Positions 34,099 to 45,892 of a DNA stretch of 64,000 bases are shown one piece after another. Each line of letters begins with the position of its first letter. Positions within the stretch are counted from its first letter, which is position 1. The notes beneath the pieces were generated by a model. It was not told the DNA's origin. It made no database searches and saw only the letters and a program-made list of their open reading frames with translations. Origin of the DNA: an uncultured Actinomycetota bacterium (GTDB taxonomy: Bacteria; Actinomycetota; Actinomycetes; JAHEKZ01). The position numbers and the translations under genes were made by a program. Location of the stretch: NCBI GenBank assembly GCA_963718235.1, contig CAVQYR010000001.1:1216001-1280000 (forward strand), written 5' to 3'.

Positions 34099-35292
34099 TC
34101 AACCGGCCGAGGGCTCGGCCACGCTGGCGATGGCTGCCTCAGTCGCAGTGACAGTTTCGGCCTGGTCGGGGTGGCGCATCTCGGGGATGAGCTCGTACCG
34201 CTTGCCGTAGGTGTCGGCCACCGACTGGACGGCGGCCACGACCGGGATGGCGACGAGGGCCCCCCAGGGGCCGAACAGCGCCGCGCCTCCCATGACGGCG
34301 CCGAACGCCACCGCCGGGTGGATGTTGACGGTCCGTGAGGTCACCTTGGGGCTGAGGAAGTAGTTCTCGACCTGCTGGTACAAGAGGATGAAACCCAGCA
34401 CGAGCAGCCCCTTGACCGGACTCGCGAGCAGCGCGATCAGCACCGGGAGCGCACCGCCCAGGTAGGTGCCGATCGTGGGGATGAACTGGCTGACCAGACC
34501 GGTCCAGATCGCGAGCGGCAGCCAGAAGGGGATATTGAGGGCGAGCAGGAAGATCCCGGTGAAGAACGCGCACAGCATGGCCAGCACGAGTCGGGAGAAC
34601 ACGTATCCGCCGGTCTTGGCCACGGTGATCCGCCAGACCGTGTCGATCACTCGTTGCTGTCGTTGCGGGAACCACGACGAGACCGTCGCGCGCAGCCGAG
34701 GCGCCTCGGCCGACATGTAGAACGCGAACAGCAGAAGCGTGAAACCGCTGAAGACCAGGGAGACCAACGACCTGACGACGCCCAAGAGCCCGCCGCTCAG
34801 GTTGGACGCCAGGGACAGGAGCTTGCCCGTGTCGATGTTCAGTGCGTCTCGGATCTTGTTCTGGTCCCAGTCGGTGTTGAAGGTGTCATTCACCCAGGTG
34901 ATCGTCTCGTCGACGTAGCTGGGGAAGGCGGTGATCAGCTGCACGAGCTGCTCGAACAACAGCGTGCCGAAGACCGCGAAGAAGGCGACCGTCAGCAGGA
35001 GCATGCTGAGCATCACGGTGCCCGTGGCCAGACCGCGCTTCATGCCGGCCGTGACCAGCCGCCCGACCGCGGGTTCCATGGCGATGGACAGCAACCAGGC
35101 CAGGAACAAGATCCCGATCAGGCTGGACAGACCGTGGAAGGCCCAGGTGAGGATCCGCAGCGCGATCACCCCGGCGAAGACCCACAGGATGAACCCGCGG
35201 ATCCACGGCGGCGGAGTGCGGTAGACCATCCCGAGCACGCGTGTGACGGTGCTGCGGGCCGGCGCGGCCGTCGTTCCCGGTTGCTCGCTCAT
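34099..35292 (-). CDS. AI-2E family transporter
   Basis: Multi-TM; GGYV, QFIPTIG, YQQVENYFLSP, VNIHP, GALVAIP. Confidence 0.9.
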   Translation of the reverse strand: MSEQPGTTAAPARSTVTRVLGMVYRTPPPWIRGFILWVFAGVIALRILTWAFHGLSSLIGILFLAWLLSIAMEPAVGRLVTAGMKRGLATGTVMLSMLLLTVAFFAVFGTLLFEQLVQLITAFPSYVDETITWVNDTFNTDWDQNKIRDALNIDTGKLLSLASNLSGGLLGVVRSLVSLVFSGFTLLLFAFYMSAEAPRLRATVSSWFPQRQQRVIDTVWRITVAKTGGYVFSRLVLAMLCAFFTGIFLLALNIPFWLPLAIWTGLVSQFIPTIGTYLGGALPVLIALLASPVKGLLVLGFILLYQQVENYFLSPKVTSRTVNIHPAVAFGAVMGGAALFGPWGALVAIPVVAAVQSVADTYGKRYELIPEMRHPDQAETVTATEAAIASVAEPSAG

Positions 35293-35345
35293 CTCGCCCC
35301 TTCTGTGCCCGTCGACGGTAGCCCGCAGGCGAGGCTGTGACGTGA

Positions 35346-37199
<1,854 letters not shown>

Positions 37200-37205
37200 C
37201 GCCAT

Positions 37206-37255
37206 TCCGGAGCCGCGGTGGCTTTCGGGGTGGCGAAAGCCGCCGCTACTCCGGA
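37206..37255. terminator. Hairpin between convergent leuA and GNAT
   Basis: GCGGTGGCTTTCG/CGAAAGCCGCCGC stem extended by TCCGGAG/CTCCGGA. Confidence 0.7.
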
Positions 37256-38058
37256 GTCGGGGGAGAGGCCGCCTGGGCGGTGCCGATCCGGGTGAAGCCG
37301 ACCCGCTCGTAGACGCGCGCGACGTCCTCGCCGCCGGCCGACAGGAAGACGACCTGGACGTCGCGGCGCAGCGCGTCGGCGACCAGCGTGTCGGTGATCG
37401 CTGCCCCGAGCCCCCGTCGACGGTGGTCGGGCAGGGTCGCGACGCCGACGATCTCGGTCACGTCCGCGACCGGCTGGTGTGACCCGGTCGCAAGCACCCC
37501 GTGCTCGTCCTCGGCCACCACGACCACGGTGCGGCCGTCGGCGATCCGGGCCCGCAGGTAGGCATCGTCGGAGGCGGAGTGGCCGCGAAGCGCCTCGTCG
37601 CGCGCCTTGGCGCCGTCGGCTCCGACCTCCGTGCCGGGGCTGGCGAAGCCCAGGCCGGCGACCACGCGCGACGCGGCCACGGCCTCGTCGTCGGCCCCGA
37701 GCCGGCGGATCCGGATGCCGTCGGGCACGGGGACGGCGAGCGGGTCGTGGTGCACGAGGAGCGGGTGTGAGAGCACCGTGAGGCCCGCGTCGGCGGCCGC
37801 CGTCGCGAGGTCGGGGGTGACCTCGGCAAGCCACTCGATCGACGGTTCCAGCCCGAGGTCCTGCTGGCGTCGGATGACGGCGGTCACGTCGTGTGCGTTG
37901 ATCGCCGAAGAGTCACCCAGCCGGGGTCGGGCGTAGAAGGGCCAACCGACCTCGGCGACGAACAGGGTGAACGGCCCGACCGGCTCGGCGTGGGCCGAGG
38001 TGCGGGGGACGGCGTCGAGGTACGCCTCGATCCGGTCGAGGAGATGGGTGCGTGTCAC
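37246..38058 (-). CDS. GNAT family N-acetyltransferase
   Basis: EIVGVATLPDHRRRGLG, VYERVGF. Confidence 0.9.
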   Translation of the reverse strand: MTRTHLLDRIEAYLDAVPRTSAHAEPVGPFTLFVAEVGWPFYARPRLGDSSAINAHDVTAVIRRQQDLGLEPSIEWLAEVTPDLATAAADAGLTVLSHPLLVHHDPLAVPVPDGIRIRRLGADDEAVAASRVVAGLGFASPGTEVGADGAKARDEALRGHSASDDAYLRARIADGRTVVVVAEDEHGVLATGSHQPVADVTEIVGVATLPDHRRRGLGAAITDTLVADALRRDVQVVFLSAGGEDVARVYERVGFTRIGTAQAASPPTPE

Positions 38059-38152
38059 GGGCCCATCCTGGTCCATGCTGTCCGGCGTGCGGGAGACAAT
38101 GCCCGGGTGACGACTGACCAGGCCACGACGGCACGCTCACGGTGAGCACCCG

Positions 38153-38884
38153 ATGAGCCTGTACCGCGACGAAGCCGTCGTCCTGCGCACCCAGAAGCTG
38201 GGTGAGGCCGACCGGATCGTCACCCTGCTCACCCGCCAGCACGGACGCGTGCGCGCGGTGGCCAAGGGCGTGCGCCGCACCCGCTCGAAGTTCGGGTCGC
38301 GGCTGGAGCCGTTCGGGCACGTCGACGTCCAGCTGTACGAGGGGCGCTCCCTCGACGTCGTCACCCAGGTCGAGTCCCTGGCCTCGCCCGGGGCAGCGCT
38401 GGCGGCCGACTACCCCGCCTACACCTCGGGCACCGCGATGCTCGAGACCGCCGAGCGGCTCACCGACGTCGAGCGGGAGCCGTCGACGCAGCTGTACCTG
38501 CTGCTGGTGGGAGGGCTGCGTTCACTGGCCGGCGCCGAGCACGACCCCGGGTCGGTGCTCGACGCGTTCCTGCTGCGGGCGCTGGCCATCGCCGGCTACG
38601 CGCCGAGCTTTGCCGACTGCGCCAGGTGCGGCCTCGAGGGGCCGCACCGGTTCTTCTCCGTCCAGGGGGGTGGGTCGGTGTGCGGGGACTGCCGTCCCGC
38701 CGGGTCCGTGACGGTCGCCCCCGAGACCCTCGAGCTGCTCTCGGCCCTGCTGACCGGCGACTGGGCGACCGCAGACGACTCCGAGACCCGGTACCGGCGG
38801 GCCGGCAGCGGCCTGACGGCCGCCTACCTCCAGTGGCACCTGGAGCGGGGACTGCGCTCGCTACGGCTGGTGGAGCGGACATGA
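38153..38884 (+). CDS. recO: DNA repair protein RecO
   Basis: [29 protein letters not shown]...CGDC zinc finger. Confidence 0.96.
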   Translation: MSLYRDEAVVLRTQKLGEADRIVTLLTRQHGRVRAVAKGVRRTRSKFGSRLEPFGHVDVQLYEGRSLDVVTQVESLASPGAALAADYPAYTSGTAMLETAERLTDVEREPSTQLYLLLVGGLRSLAGAEHDPGSVLDAFLLRALAIAGYAPSFADCARCGLEGPHRFFSVQGGGSVCGDCRPAGSVTVAPETLELLSALLTGDWATADDSETRYRRAGSGLTAAYLQWHLERGLRSLRLVERT

Positions 38885-39684
38885 GGCGTCGCGAACCACC
38901 TCGACCGCCCACGCCGCACCCGTCAGGCGAGCGGCCCCCTGCCCTCCCCTCCGAGCTGGTGCCCCGTCACGTGGCCGTGGTCATGGACGGCAACGGCCGC
39001 TGGGCCAAGCGACGAGGGCTGCCCCGCACGGCCGGCCACGAGGCCGGGGAGGCAGCGCTGTTCGACCTCGTCGAGGGCGCGATCGAGATCGGTGTGAAGT
39101 ACGTGTCGGCGTACGCCTTCTCCACCGAGAACTGGAAACGGTCGCCGGACGAGGTCCGGTTCCTGATGGGGTTCAACCGGGACGTGATCCGACGCCGACG
39201 CGACGAGATGAACGCGATGGGGGTGCGAGTCCGCTGGGCCGGACGTCGTCCGAAGCTGTGGAAGTCGGTCATCGACGAGCTGGAGGTCGCCGAGCAGATG
39301 ACCGCAGACAACAACGTGCTGACCCTGACCATGTGCGTCAACTACGGCGGACGGTCCGAGATCGTCGACGCCGCCGCCACGATCGCCCGCTTGGCGCGAG
39401 AGGGCCGGCTCAACCCGGACAAGCTCGACGAGCGGATGTTCGCCCGCTACCTCGACGAGCCGGACCTTCCCGATGTCGACCTGTTCATCCGCAGCAGCGG
39501 CGAGCAGCGCACCAGCAACTTCCTGCTGTGGCAGTCCGCCTATGCCGAGCTGGTGTTCCTCGAGACGCTGTGGCCCGACGTCGACCGCCGCCACCTGTGG
39601 TGGGCGATCGAGCAGTACGCCTCGCGCGACCGGCGCTACGGTGGAGCGTTGCCCAACCCGGAACCGACCGGTCGGACGACGTGA
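38881..39684 (+). CDS. uppS: cis-isoprenyl transferase
   Basis: [41 protein letters not shown]. Confidence 0.95.
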   Translation: MRRREPPRPPTPHPSGERPPALPSELVPRHVAVVMDGNGRWAKRRGLPRTAGHEAGEAALFDLVEGAIEIGVKYVSAYAFSTENWKRSPDEVRFLMGFNRDVIRRRRDEMNAMGVRVRWAGRRPKLWKSVIDELEVAEQMTADNNVLTLTMCVNYGGRSEIVDAAATIARLAREGRLNPDKLDERMFARYLDEPDLPDVDLFIRSSGEQRTSNFLLWQSAYAELVFLETLWPDVDRRHLWWAIEQYASRDRRYGGALPNPEPTGRTT

Positions 39685-39694
39685 GGACCGCCGG

Positions 39695-40684
39695 GTGAGT
39701 GGCGCCATGCCGCAGACGGCTCGGCGTAGCACCGGCATGACGCCCGGTGTGTTCGTCCTGTGCGCGATCCTGGTCGGACTCGTGGTCGGACAAGGGCGGT
39801 TGGCCGACTGGCTCCAGGACCAGCCGGCCATGCAGACCTTCTCCACCGTCCTGGTCAGCATCGTGATCCAGGCGCTCCCGTTCCTCGTGTTCGGCGTGCT
39901 GCTGAGCGCCGCGATCGCCGCCTTCGTGCCACCGGCCTTCTTCGGCCGTGTCCTGCCGCGGCGGGAGGCGCTGGCCGTGCCCGTCGCTGCTGCTGGCGGC
40001 GCTCTGCTTCCGGGCTGTGAGTGTGCTTCGGTACCCGTGGCTGGCGGGCTCATGGCCCGCGGCGTCGCCCCCGCCGCCGCTCTCGCGTTCCTCCTGTCGG
40101 CGCCCGCCATCAACCCGATCGTCACGGTCTCGACCCTCGTGGCGTTCCCCGGGGAGCCACAGATGGCCCTCGGACGATTCCTGGCGTCTCTGGTGACGGC
40201 GGTCGTCGTCGGTTGGTGGTGGCTTCGCTTCGGTCGCGGCGGTTGGCTACGCGTCCCGTCTCGGGACCACCTGCACGGTGCGACCGGCTGGGAGGCGTTC
40301 CGGCTCTCGGCGCAGCACGACTTCCTGCACGCGGGTGGCTTCTTGGTGCTCGGTGGACTGGCCGCCGCCGTCCTGAACGTGCTGGTCCCCAGGGAGTGGT
40401 TGGACACCGTGGCCGACAACCCCGTGCTCTCGATCCTGGTTCTGGCCCTGTTGGCCGTGGTCCTCTCCCTGTGCTCGGAAGCGGACGCCTTCGTCGCGGC
40501 CGGGCTCACCCAGTTCTCGTTGACGTCTCGGCTGGTCTTCCTCGTCGTCGGTCCCATGGTCGACCTCAAGCTGGTCTCGCTCCAGGCGGGCATCTTCGGG
40601 TCTGCGTTCGCCCGTCGGTTCGCGCCGGTGACCTTGGTCACCGCGATCAGTGTGGCCAGCGTGGTGGGGGTGGCCCTGCTGTGA
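39695..40684 (+). CDS. Predicted permease (DUF318/ArsP family)
   Basis: QALPFL, PGCECASVP, APAINP, LCSEADAF, GPMVDLK; start 39695 or 39707. Confidence 0.88.
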   Translation: MSGAMPQTARRSTGMTPGVFVLCAILVGLVVGQGRLADWLQDQPAMQTFSTVLVSIVIQALPFLVFGVLLSAAIAAFVPPAFFGRVLPRREALAVPVAAAGGALLPGCECASVPVAGGLMARGVAPAAALAFLLSAPAINPIVTVSTLVAFPGEPQMALGRFLASLVTAVVVGWWWLRFGRGGWLRVPSRDHLHGATGWEAFRLSAQHDFLHAGGFLVLGGLAAAVLNVLVPREWLDTVADNPVLSILVLALLAVVLSLCSEADAFVAAGLTQFSLTSRLVFLVVGPMVDLKLVSLQAGIFGSAFARRFAPVTLVTAISVASVVGVALL

Positions 40685-41382
40685 GGCGCGATGTACAGAG
40701 TCTCCTGCTGGCCTTTCTGGGGGCCACCATCCTGCGGCTGTCGATGACCGACGAGTACCTGTCCTACGTCAAGCCCGGCATGCGCCCCTTCCTCATCGCG
40801 TCCGGAGTGGTCCTGGTCCTGCTGGGAGCGGTATCCGTGCTGCGCGACACCAAGGACGCACCAGCCGACAGCGACCAGCCAGACGACGACGAGCACCCGA
40901 CGCCACGCGTCACGTGGCTTTTGCTGCTCCCCGTGCTGCTCGTGTTCGTGGTGACGCCGCCGCCACTGGGCGCCTTCGCAGCGGACCGTGCCGCTTCGGC
41001 GATTCCGGAGCCGGGAGAGGTCGAGCTTCCGGCGCTGCCGGACGGCGACCCGGTGTCGATCCGGGTGTCGGAGTACGCCTTCCGGGCGGTGTGGGACCAG
41101 GGCGACACGTTGGCGGGTCGCGTCGTCCAGCTCACGGGATTCGCGTCAGCGACCGAGGCGGGCGGCTGGTACCTCAACCGACTGTCGCTTGCGTGCTGTG
41201 CGGCCGATGCCCGGGTGGCGCGGGTCGAGGTCGTGGGAGCCGATGATCCTGGGGTCGACACCTGGGTCCAGGTGACTGGCCGTTGGGTCCCGGGGGGCGA
41301 GGTCGAAGACCCCGGCGCCGTGCCGCTGATCGAGGCATCCGAGGTGGTTGCCATCGATCGGCCGGCCCGGCCCTACGAGTAG
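40681..41382 (+). CDS. TIGR03943/DUF1980 putative permease subunit
   Basis: YLSYVKP, V.LTGF, CCAAD, DTWVQVTG, PY at C-terminus; coupled to the permease. Confidence 0.85.
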   Translation: MRRDVQSLLLAFLGATILRLSMTDEYLSYVKPGMRPFLIASGVVLVLLGAVSVLRDTKDAPADSDQPDDDEHPTPRVTWLLLLPVLLVFVVTPPPLGAFAADRAASAIPEPGEVELPALPDGDPVSIRVSEYAFRAVWDQGDTLAGRVVQLTGFASATEAGGWYLNRLSLACCAADARVARVEVVGADDPGVDTWVQVTGRWVPGGEVEDPGAVPLIEASEVVAIDRPARPYE

Positions 41383-41386
41383 CGGC

Positions 41387-41806
41387 TCAGCCGGTCGAGC
41401 AGTCGCGGCACCGCCCGAAGACCTCAACGGCGTGGGTCACCTCGGTGAAGCCATGGCTCGTCGCCACCTGCTCCGCCCAACGCTCGACTGCCGGTCCCTC
41501 GACCTCGATCGCACGTCCGCAGACACGGCACACCAGATGGTGGTGGTGTGAGGAGCCGCAGCGGCGGTACACGGTTTCGCCCTCGCCCGTCCGCAGGACG
41601 TCGAGATCGCCGGCGTCGGCCATCGCCTGCAGCGTGCGATAGACCGTGGTGAGCCCGACCGAGTGACCGCGCTCTCTCAGCAGTGCGTGGATCTCTTGCG
41701 CGCTGCTGAACCCGTCGAGGTCCTCCAGCACCATGGTGACCGCTGTGCGCTGGCGCGTGGTTCGGCGGCGGCTCGGATCGTCGAGGGCGCGCTCAGTCGA
41801 GGTCAT
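41387..41806 (-). CDS. zur: Zinc uptake regulator (Fur family)
   Basis: TRQR, VGLTTVYRTL, HHHHLVCRVC, CRDC; adjacent to znuABC. Confidence 0.9.
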   Translation of the reverse strand: MTSTERALDDPSRRRTTRQRTAVTMVLEDLDGFSSAQEIHALLRERGHSVGLTTVYRTLQAMADAGDLDVLRTGEGETVYRRCGSSHHHHLVCRVCGRAIEVEGPAVERWAEQVATSHGFTEVTHAVEVFGRCRDCSTG

Positions 41807-42140
41807 GGGCGTTGCCCTCCTGTGCGTGGTGGAGAGCGTCCTTGACGATGTGCGCGACGTGGTCGTCGGTGAGTCGGTAGGCCACCTCGCGTCCGCGGCG
41901 CACTCCTTCGACAAGGTCGGCGCCACGCAGGACTCGCAGGTGCTGGCTCACCAACGGCTGAGGCAGGTCCAGGGCATCGACGAGCTCATGAACGCACTGG
42001 TCACCGTCGGTCAGCGCACTCACCAGGGCCACTCGTACGGGGGAGGCAAGGGCTCGGAACAGCTCACCGGCCTCGGCGTACGCCGTGCTGTCTGCCTGCG
42101 GGGGCTCGGCGAGTGGCACATCGGGTGGCGTCGATGACAT
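41793..42140 (-). CDS. smtB: ArsR/SmtB family metalloregulator
   Basis: FRALASPVR, CVHEL, QPLVSQHLRVLR, alpha5 site DDHV...H.QE. Confidence 0.88.
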   Translation of the reverse strand: MSSTPPDVPLAEPPQADSTAYAEAGELFRALASPVRVALVSALTDGDQCVHELVDALDLPQPLVSQHLRVLRGADLVEGVRRGREVAYRLTDDHVAHIVKDALHHAQEGNAHDLD

Positions 42141-42160
42141 ATGCTGATATTGCCATATAT
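42137..42160 (-). promoter_or_regulatory. Putative SmtB operator over the leaderless smtB-zur promoter
   Basis: AT-rich imperfect inverted repeat ACATATG...CATATAT; minus strand TTGATC-N17-CAATAT-N6-ATG. Confidence 0.7.
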
Positions 42161-42190
42161 CGTAGTCGCGATCAAGGACGGCCCCCGGAC

Positions 42191-43018
42191 CTACCGGGCG
42201 CGGCCGTTGCCGACCCGGCGTCGCAGGGGTGCCCCGACGGCGGTGAGAGCGAAGACGATGATGGCGAGCAGGACGATCGTCCCCCCTGAGGGCGCATCCG
42301 CGTAGTAGGACGCCACGACCCCCCCGACCGCACACGTCACGGCCAGGGTCACGGCCACTGTCGTCGTCGAACGGAAGCTGCGACACACCAGCTGCGCCGT
42401 CGCCACGGGAACGATCATGAGGGCACTGATGAGGAGCAGTCCGACGACTCGCATGGACAAGACCACCGTGCTGGCCGTGAGGCAGGCGAGCAGGACGTTC
42501 ATCGCGTTGACGGGCATTCCGGAGGCTCGGGCGAACTCCTCGTCGTTGCTGATCGCGAACAGCTGGTGGGAGAGGAGGCCGGTCAGGGCGACGATGGCCA
42601 ACGTCAGGGCCGCGAAGACGAGCAGGTCTTGGCCCGACGTGGTGGTGATGGCACCGAACAGGTAGCTGTTCAACGTCGCCACCGTCCCGCCAGGGGCGAA
42701 GCTGATCAGGACGACACCTCCGGCGATACCCCCGTAGAACATGACGGCCAGGGCCAGGTCTCCTCCGGTCCGACCTCTCGCACGAAGCAGCTCGACGGTC
42801 ACTGCACCGATGACCGAGACCACGAGGGCGACCAGGACGGGTGCGCGGCTGGTGAGCAGGCCGAGGGCGACCCCCGTCAGGGCGATGTGCCCGATGCCGT
42901 CGCCGATGAGGGACAGCCTGCGCTGGACCAGGAAGACGCCGATCCTCGGCGCCGCCAGCCCAACCATCACAGCAGCGACCAGAGCACGTTGCATGAAGTC
43001 GTACTGCAGGAGCTCCAC
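42191..43018 (-). CDS. znuB: Zn/Mn ABC transporter permease
   Basis: FMQRAL, GDGIGHIALTG, YLFG, VGLLLISALMIVP. Confidence 0.93.
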   Translation of the reverse strand: MELLQYDFMQRALVAAVMVGLAAPRIGVFLVQRRLSLIGDGIGHIALTGVALGLLTSRAPVLVALVVSVIGAVTVELLRARGRTGGDLALAVMFYGGIAGGVVLISFAPGGTVATLNSYLFGAITTTSGQDLLVFAALTLAIVALTGLLSHQLFAISNDEEFARASGMPVNAMNVLLACLTASTVVLSMRVVGLLLISALMIVPVATAQLVCRSFRSTTTVAVTLAVTCAVGGVVASYYADAPSGGTIVLLAIIVFALTAVGAPLRRRVGNGRAR

Positions 43019-43020
43019 GG

Positions 43021-43800
43021 CTAGTCGTCCATCAGGCGTCGTTCGGGAGGCGACGGGTCGTCGTCGTGGTGGGCGAACGGCTCACCCGTCGCCCGCAGGA
43101 TGGCCTCGGTCGGTGGTCCGTCGTACTCGATCCGACCGTGGCTGATCCACACGACTCGGGTGAGACTGCGCTCGAAGGGGCCGGTGTCGTGAGTGACGAC
43201 CAGGATCGTGGTACCGGTCCTGGACAGCTGGTCGAGCACCCCGGCGAGCTCGGCCTGTGCCTCGGCGTCGAGTCCCGCTGTCGGCTCGTCGAGCACGAGG
43301 AACTGGACGTCGCGGACCAGGGCGCGGGCGATCAGTACCCGGCGCTGCTGTCCACCGGAGAGTCGCTCGACCGGCTTCCAGGCGAGGGGGGCGAGGCCGA
43401 GCCGGTCCAGGGCGGCTGCGGTCGCTTCACGGTCGGTCCGGCCCAGTGGTCTCCAGCGCCGGTCGGCCAGGCAGCCACTCGAGACGACCTCCTCGACGGT
43501 GCTGGGGATCGGTCCCCCGGCCGTGTGACGTTGGGGGACGTACCCGACGCGTGAACGACGTGTGGCACCCTCGGCGCCGAACAGCTCGACCGAGCCGCTC
43601 TGCACCTCAGCGAGCCCGACGATGGCCTTGACCAGCGTGGACTTGCCCGAGCCGTTCGGCCCGACCAGCGCAACGAACTCCCCGGGGCTCACCGACAGGT
43701 CGACGCCGTGAATCACCCTCGTTCCGTCGAACCCGACGGCAGCGTTCCTGAAGTCGACGAGGGGGGTGCCTTCGGCGAGGGAGGGTTCGGTCAGCGACAG
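43021..43800 (-). CDS. znuC: Zn ABC transporter ATPase (probable CTG start at 43800 or 43794)
   Basis: GPNGSGKST, GYVPQ, LSGGQQRR, LDEPT, H-loop; open frame extends 28 codons above GTG 43716. Confidence 0.92.
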   Translation of the reverse strand: MSLTEPSLAEGTPLVDFRNAAVGFDGTRVIHGVDLSVSPGEFVALVGPNGSGKSTLVKAIVGLAEVQSGSVELFGAEGATRRSRVGYVPQRHTAGGPIPSTVEEVVSSGCLADRRWRPLGRTDREATAAALDRLGLAPLAWKPVERLSGGQQRRVLIARALVRDVQFLVLDEPTAGLDAEAQAELAGVLDQLSRTGTTILVVTHDTGPFERSLTRVVWISHGRIEYDGPPTEAILRATGEPFAHHDDDPSPPERRLMDD

Positions 43801-44750
43801 GGTTGCCCCTTCCGGAGGTTCGTGAGGTTCGAGGCCATGATCTCGAAGTAGTCGTCGCCCTGGGAAGAGTCCGAGAGACCTTCGATCGGATCGAGGACGT
43901 CGGTGACGGCGCCGGTCTCAGCGGCAACGGTCTCGGCGATGGCCGGGCTCACGAGGGCCTCGAAGTAGATGGTCTTCACGTCGTTGGCTCGGACGAAGTC
44001 GGTGACCGCCGCGAGCTGCTGCGGGCTGGGCTCGGCCTCAGGGGTGAGGCCGGTGATACCGACCTGGTTCAGGCCGTAGGCGTCGGCGAGGTATCCGAAG
44101 GCAGTGTGACTGGTGACGATGTCACGCCGAACGCACTCGTCGAGACCTGCGCTGAGCTCGGAATCGAGCTGCCCGAGGTCGGCGCGCAACTGGTCGGCAT
44201 TCGCCTGGAAGGTCTCGGCGCGTTCCGGGTCGAGACTCGACAGCTCGTCGGCGAGTGCCTCGGCGACGTCGGCCAGGCGGAGCGGGTCCAGCCAGAAGTG
44301 CGGGTCGACCTGCTCGGTGTCCTCGGAGACGCCCTCCTCGATCGGGGTGAACACCAGGGAGAGGTCGGCGGAGGCGGCCGCGTCGAAGGACGTGTCGGGA
44401 GCCTGTCCCGCCACCGCGTCATCGACGGCTGGCTGGAATCCGGAGAGGTAGACCGCCAGGTCGGCGTCTCCCACCGCAGCGACGTCCTGCGGCGTCAGCT
44501 CCAGGTCGTGCGGCTCGGCGCCCGGCTTGGTCAGGTTGGTCACCGTCACCGCGTCACCGCCGACCCGCTCGGCGACGAACTGCAGCGGGTAGAAGGCGGC
44601 GACGACCGACAGCGGCTCGTCGGCAGCGCCTGCGGTCTGGTCCGCGTCGGTGCTGCACGCCGAGAGCGCCAGCGCGGCCAACGCAGCCAACGCAGTCGGG
44701 ACGACCATGGTGGCGATGGGCAGGGCGCGGTGGGCTCGAGGCGAGGTCAT
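43791..44750 (-). CDS. znuA: Zn ABC transporter substrate-binding lipoprotein
   Basis: Lipobox LSAC, EPHDLE, DPHFWLDP, HTAFGYLA. Confidence 0.94.
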   Translation of the reverse strand: MTSPRAHRALPIATMVVPTALAALAALALSACSTDADQTAGAADEPLSVVAAFYPLQFVAERVGGDAVTVTNLTKPGAEPHDLELTPQDVAAVGDADLAVYLSGFQPAVDDAVAGQAPDTSFDAAASADLSLVFTPIEEGVSEDTEQVDPHFWLDPLRLADVAEALADELSSLDPERAETFQANADQLRADLGQLDSELSAGLDECVRRDIVTSHTAFGYLADAYGLNQVGITGLTPEAEPSPQQLAAVTDFVRANDVKTIYFEALVSPAIAETVAAETGAVTDVLDPIEGLSDSSQGDDYFEIMASNLTNLRKGQPCR

Positions 44751-44766
44751 GCCGGAATCCCATCCG

Positions 44767-44787
44767 AAATGAAAACGATTGTCAATA
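44767..44787 (-). promoter_or_regulatory. Zur box overlapping the -35 of the znuA promoter
   Basis: AAATGAAAACGATTGTCAATA imperfect palindrome; minus strand TTGACA-N17-TGGGAT-N6-ATG. Confidence 0.9.
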
Positions 44788-44811
44788 CCGCCAGCAAGCC
44801 GAGAGCTCGGG

Positions 44812-45435
44812 TCAGGGGTTGCGCAGCACCGAGACCGCGAAGTCGGCGCCGTCGTCCCAGGGCCGCAGGTCCCAGGTCGAGAACCGGTGCTCCAGCCGCC
44901 AGCCAGCAGCGGCCAGGTCGGCGTCGAACGCCGCCAGCGCGTAGCCGCGCTCGATCCCGAAGCCGAACACCGCGACCCCGTCGGGGCGGACGTGGCCGCG
45001 CAGCCGGGCCAGCACCTCCAGCTCGGTCTCCGGTGCCAGGTACGGCATCACGTTGCCGGCGCAGACCACCGCGTCGAACGGCTCGGGGATGCCCCGCGGG
45101 CCCAGGTCGAGGGTGAACAGGTCCTCGTTGAGCCAGACGGGGCCTGGGTGGTCCTCGCGTGCGGCCGCGACCAGGACGGGGTCCACGTCGACGCCGACTA
45201 CCCGGTGGCCCCGTCGGAAGAGCTCGCCGCCGACCCGACCCGGGCCACAGCCGGCGTCCAGGACGTAGGAGGCGGGCGCGACCAGCGCGTCGACCAGCCG
45301 GGCCTCGCCGACCAGGTCGGCCCCGTCGGCCGCCATCTGCCGGAACCGCTCGACGTAGGCGTGGGAGTGCCCGGGGTCCAGGTCGGTCAGCCAGCGCGGA
45401 CGTGGTCCCTGGTCCGGCGTCGTGTCGTCGTCCAT
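44812..45435 (-). CDS. Class I SAM-dependent methyltransferase
   Basis: VLDAGCGPG, GVDVD, FDAVVCAGNV. Confidence 0.9.
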   Translation of the reverse strand: MDDDTTPDQGPRPRWLTDLDPGHSHAYVERFRQMAADGADLVGEARLVDALVAPASYVLDAGCGPGRVGGELFRRGHRVVGVDVDPVLVAAAREDHPGPVWLNEDLFTLDLGPRGIPEPFDAVVCAGNVMPYLAPETELEVLARLRGHVRPDGVAVFGFGIERGYALAAFDADLAAAGWRLEHRFSTWDLRPWDDGADFAVSVLRNP

Positions 45436-45444
45436 GGCTCTGTC

Positions 45445-45792
45445 CTAGCCGCCGTTGAACCCGAACAGCTTGGTCGCAGCCACGTAGGCGACCAAAGCCA
45501 CGACGGCGACCCGCAGGATCCGTGCCGGCAGGGTGTAGCTCGGCCAGCCCAGGGCAGCCAGCCAGCCGAGGAATGCCGCAACCACCAGCAGCAGCACCCC
45601 ACCGACGATGCCTTCGATCGCCAGGCCGGCGAAGGTCACGGCGGCCAGGCCGATCACGAACGCCCAGCGCGGGATGCCGCTCAGACCGACGAGCACGGGC
45701 GCGCTGAAGCGTTGGAACGCCGTCGCGTCGGCCGGCGCCTGGCCGCCGGAGCGAGGCGTGGGCTGCTTGTCGGCTGGCTTGGGGTTGGCCAC
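45445..45792 (-). CDS. Small conserved membrane protein (DUF6703-like)
   Basis: Three hydrophobic segments, FLGWLAALGWP; conserved glyQS neighbourhood. Confidence 0.7.
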   Translation of the reverse strand: MANPKPADKQPTPRSGGQAPADATAFQRFSAPVLVGLSGIPRWAFVIGLAAVTFAGLAIEGIVGGVLLLVVAAFLGWLAALGWPSYTLPARILRVAVVALVAYVAATKLFGFNGG

Positions 45793-45892
45793 AGGTCCTC
45801 CGGGCGGGCTGGGCGGTCGCAGGTGCCGCTAGCGTGGGCTGGTCGGCTCATCTTCGCGCATCGGCGCGGCCGGCCCCACAGGAGAGTGGTCC

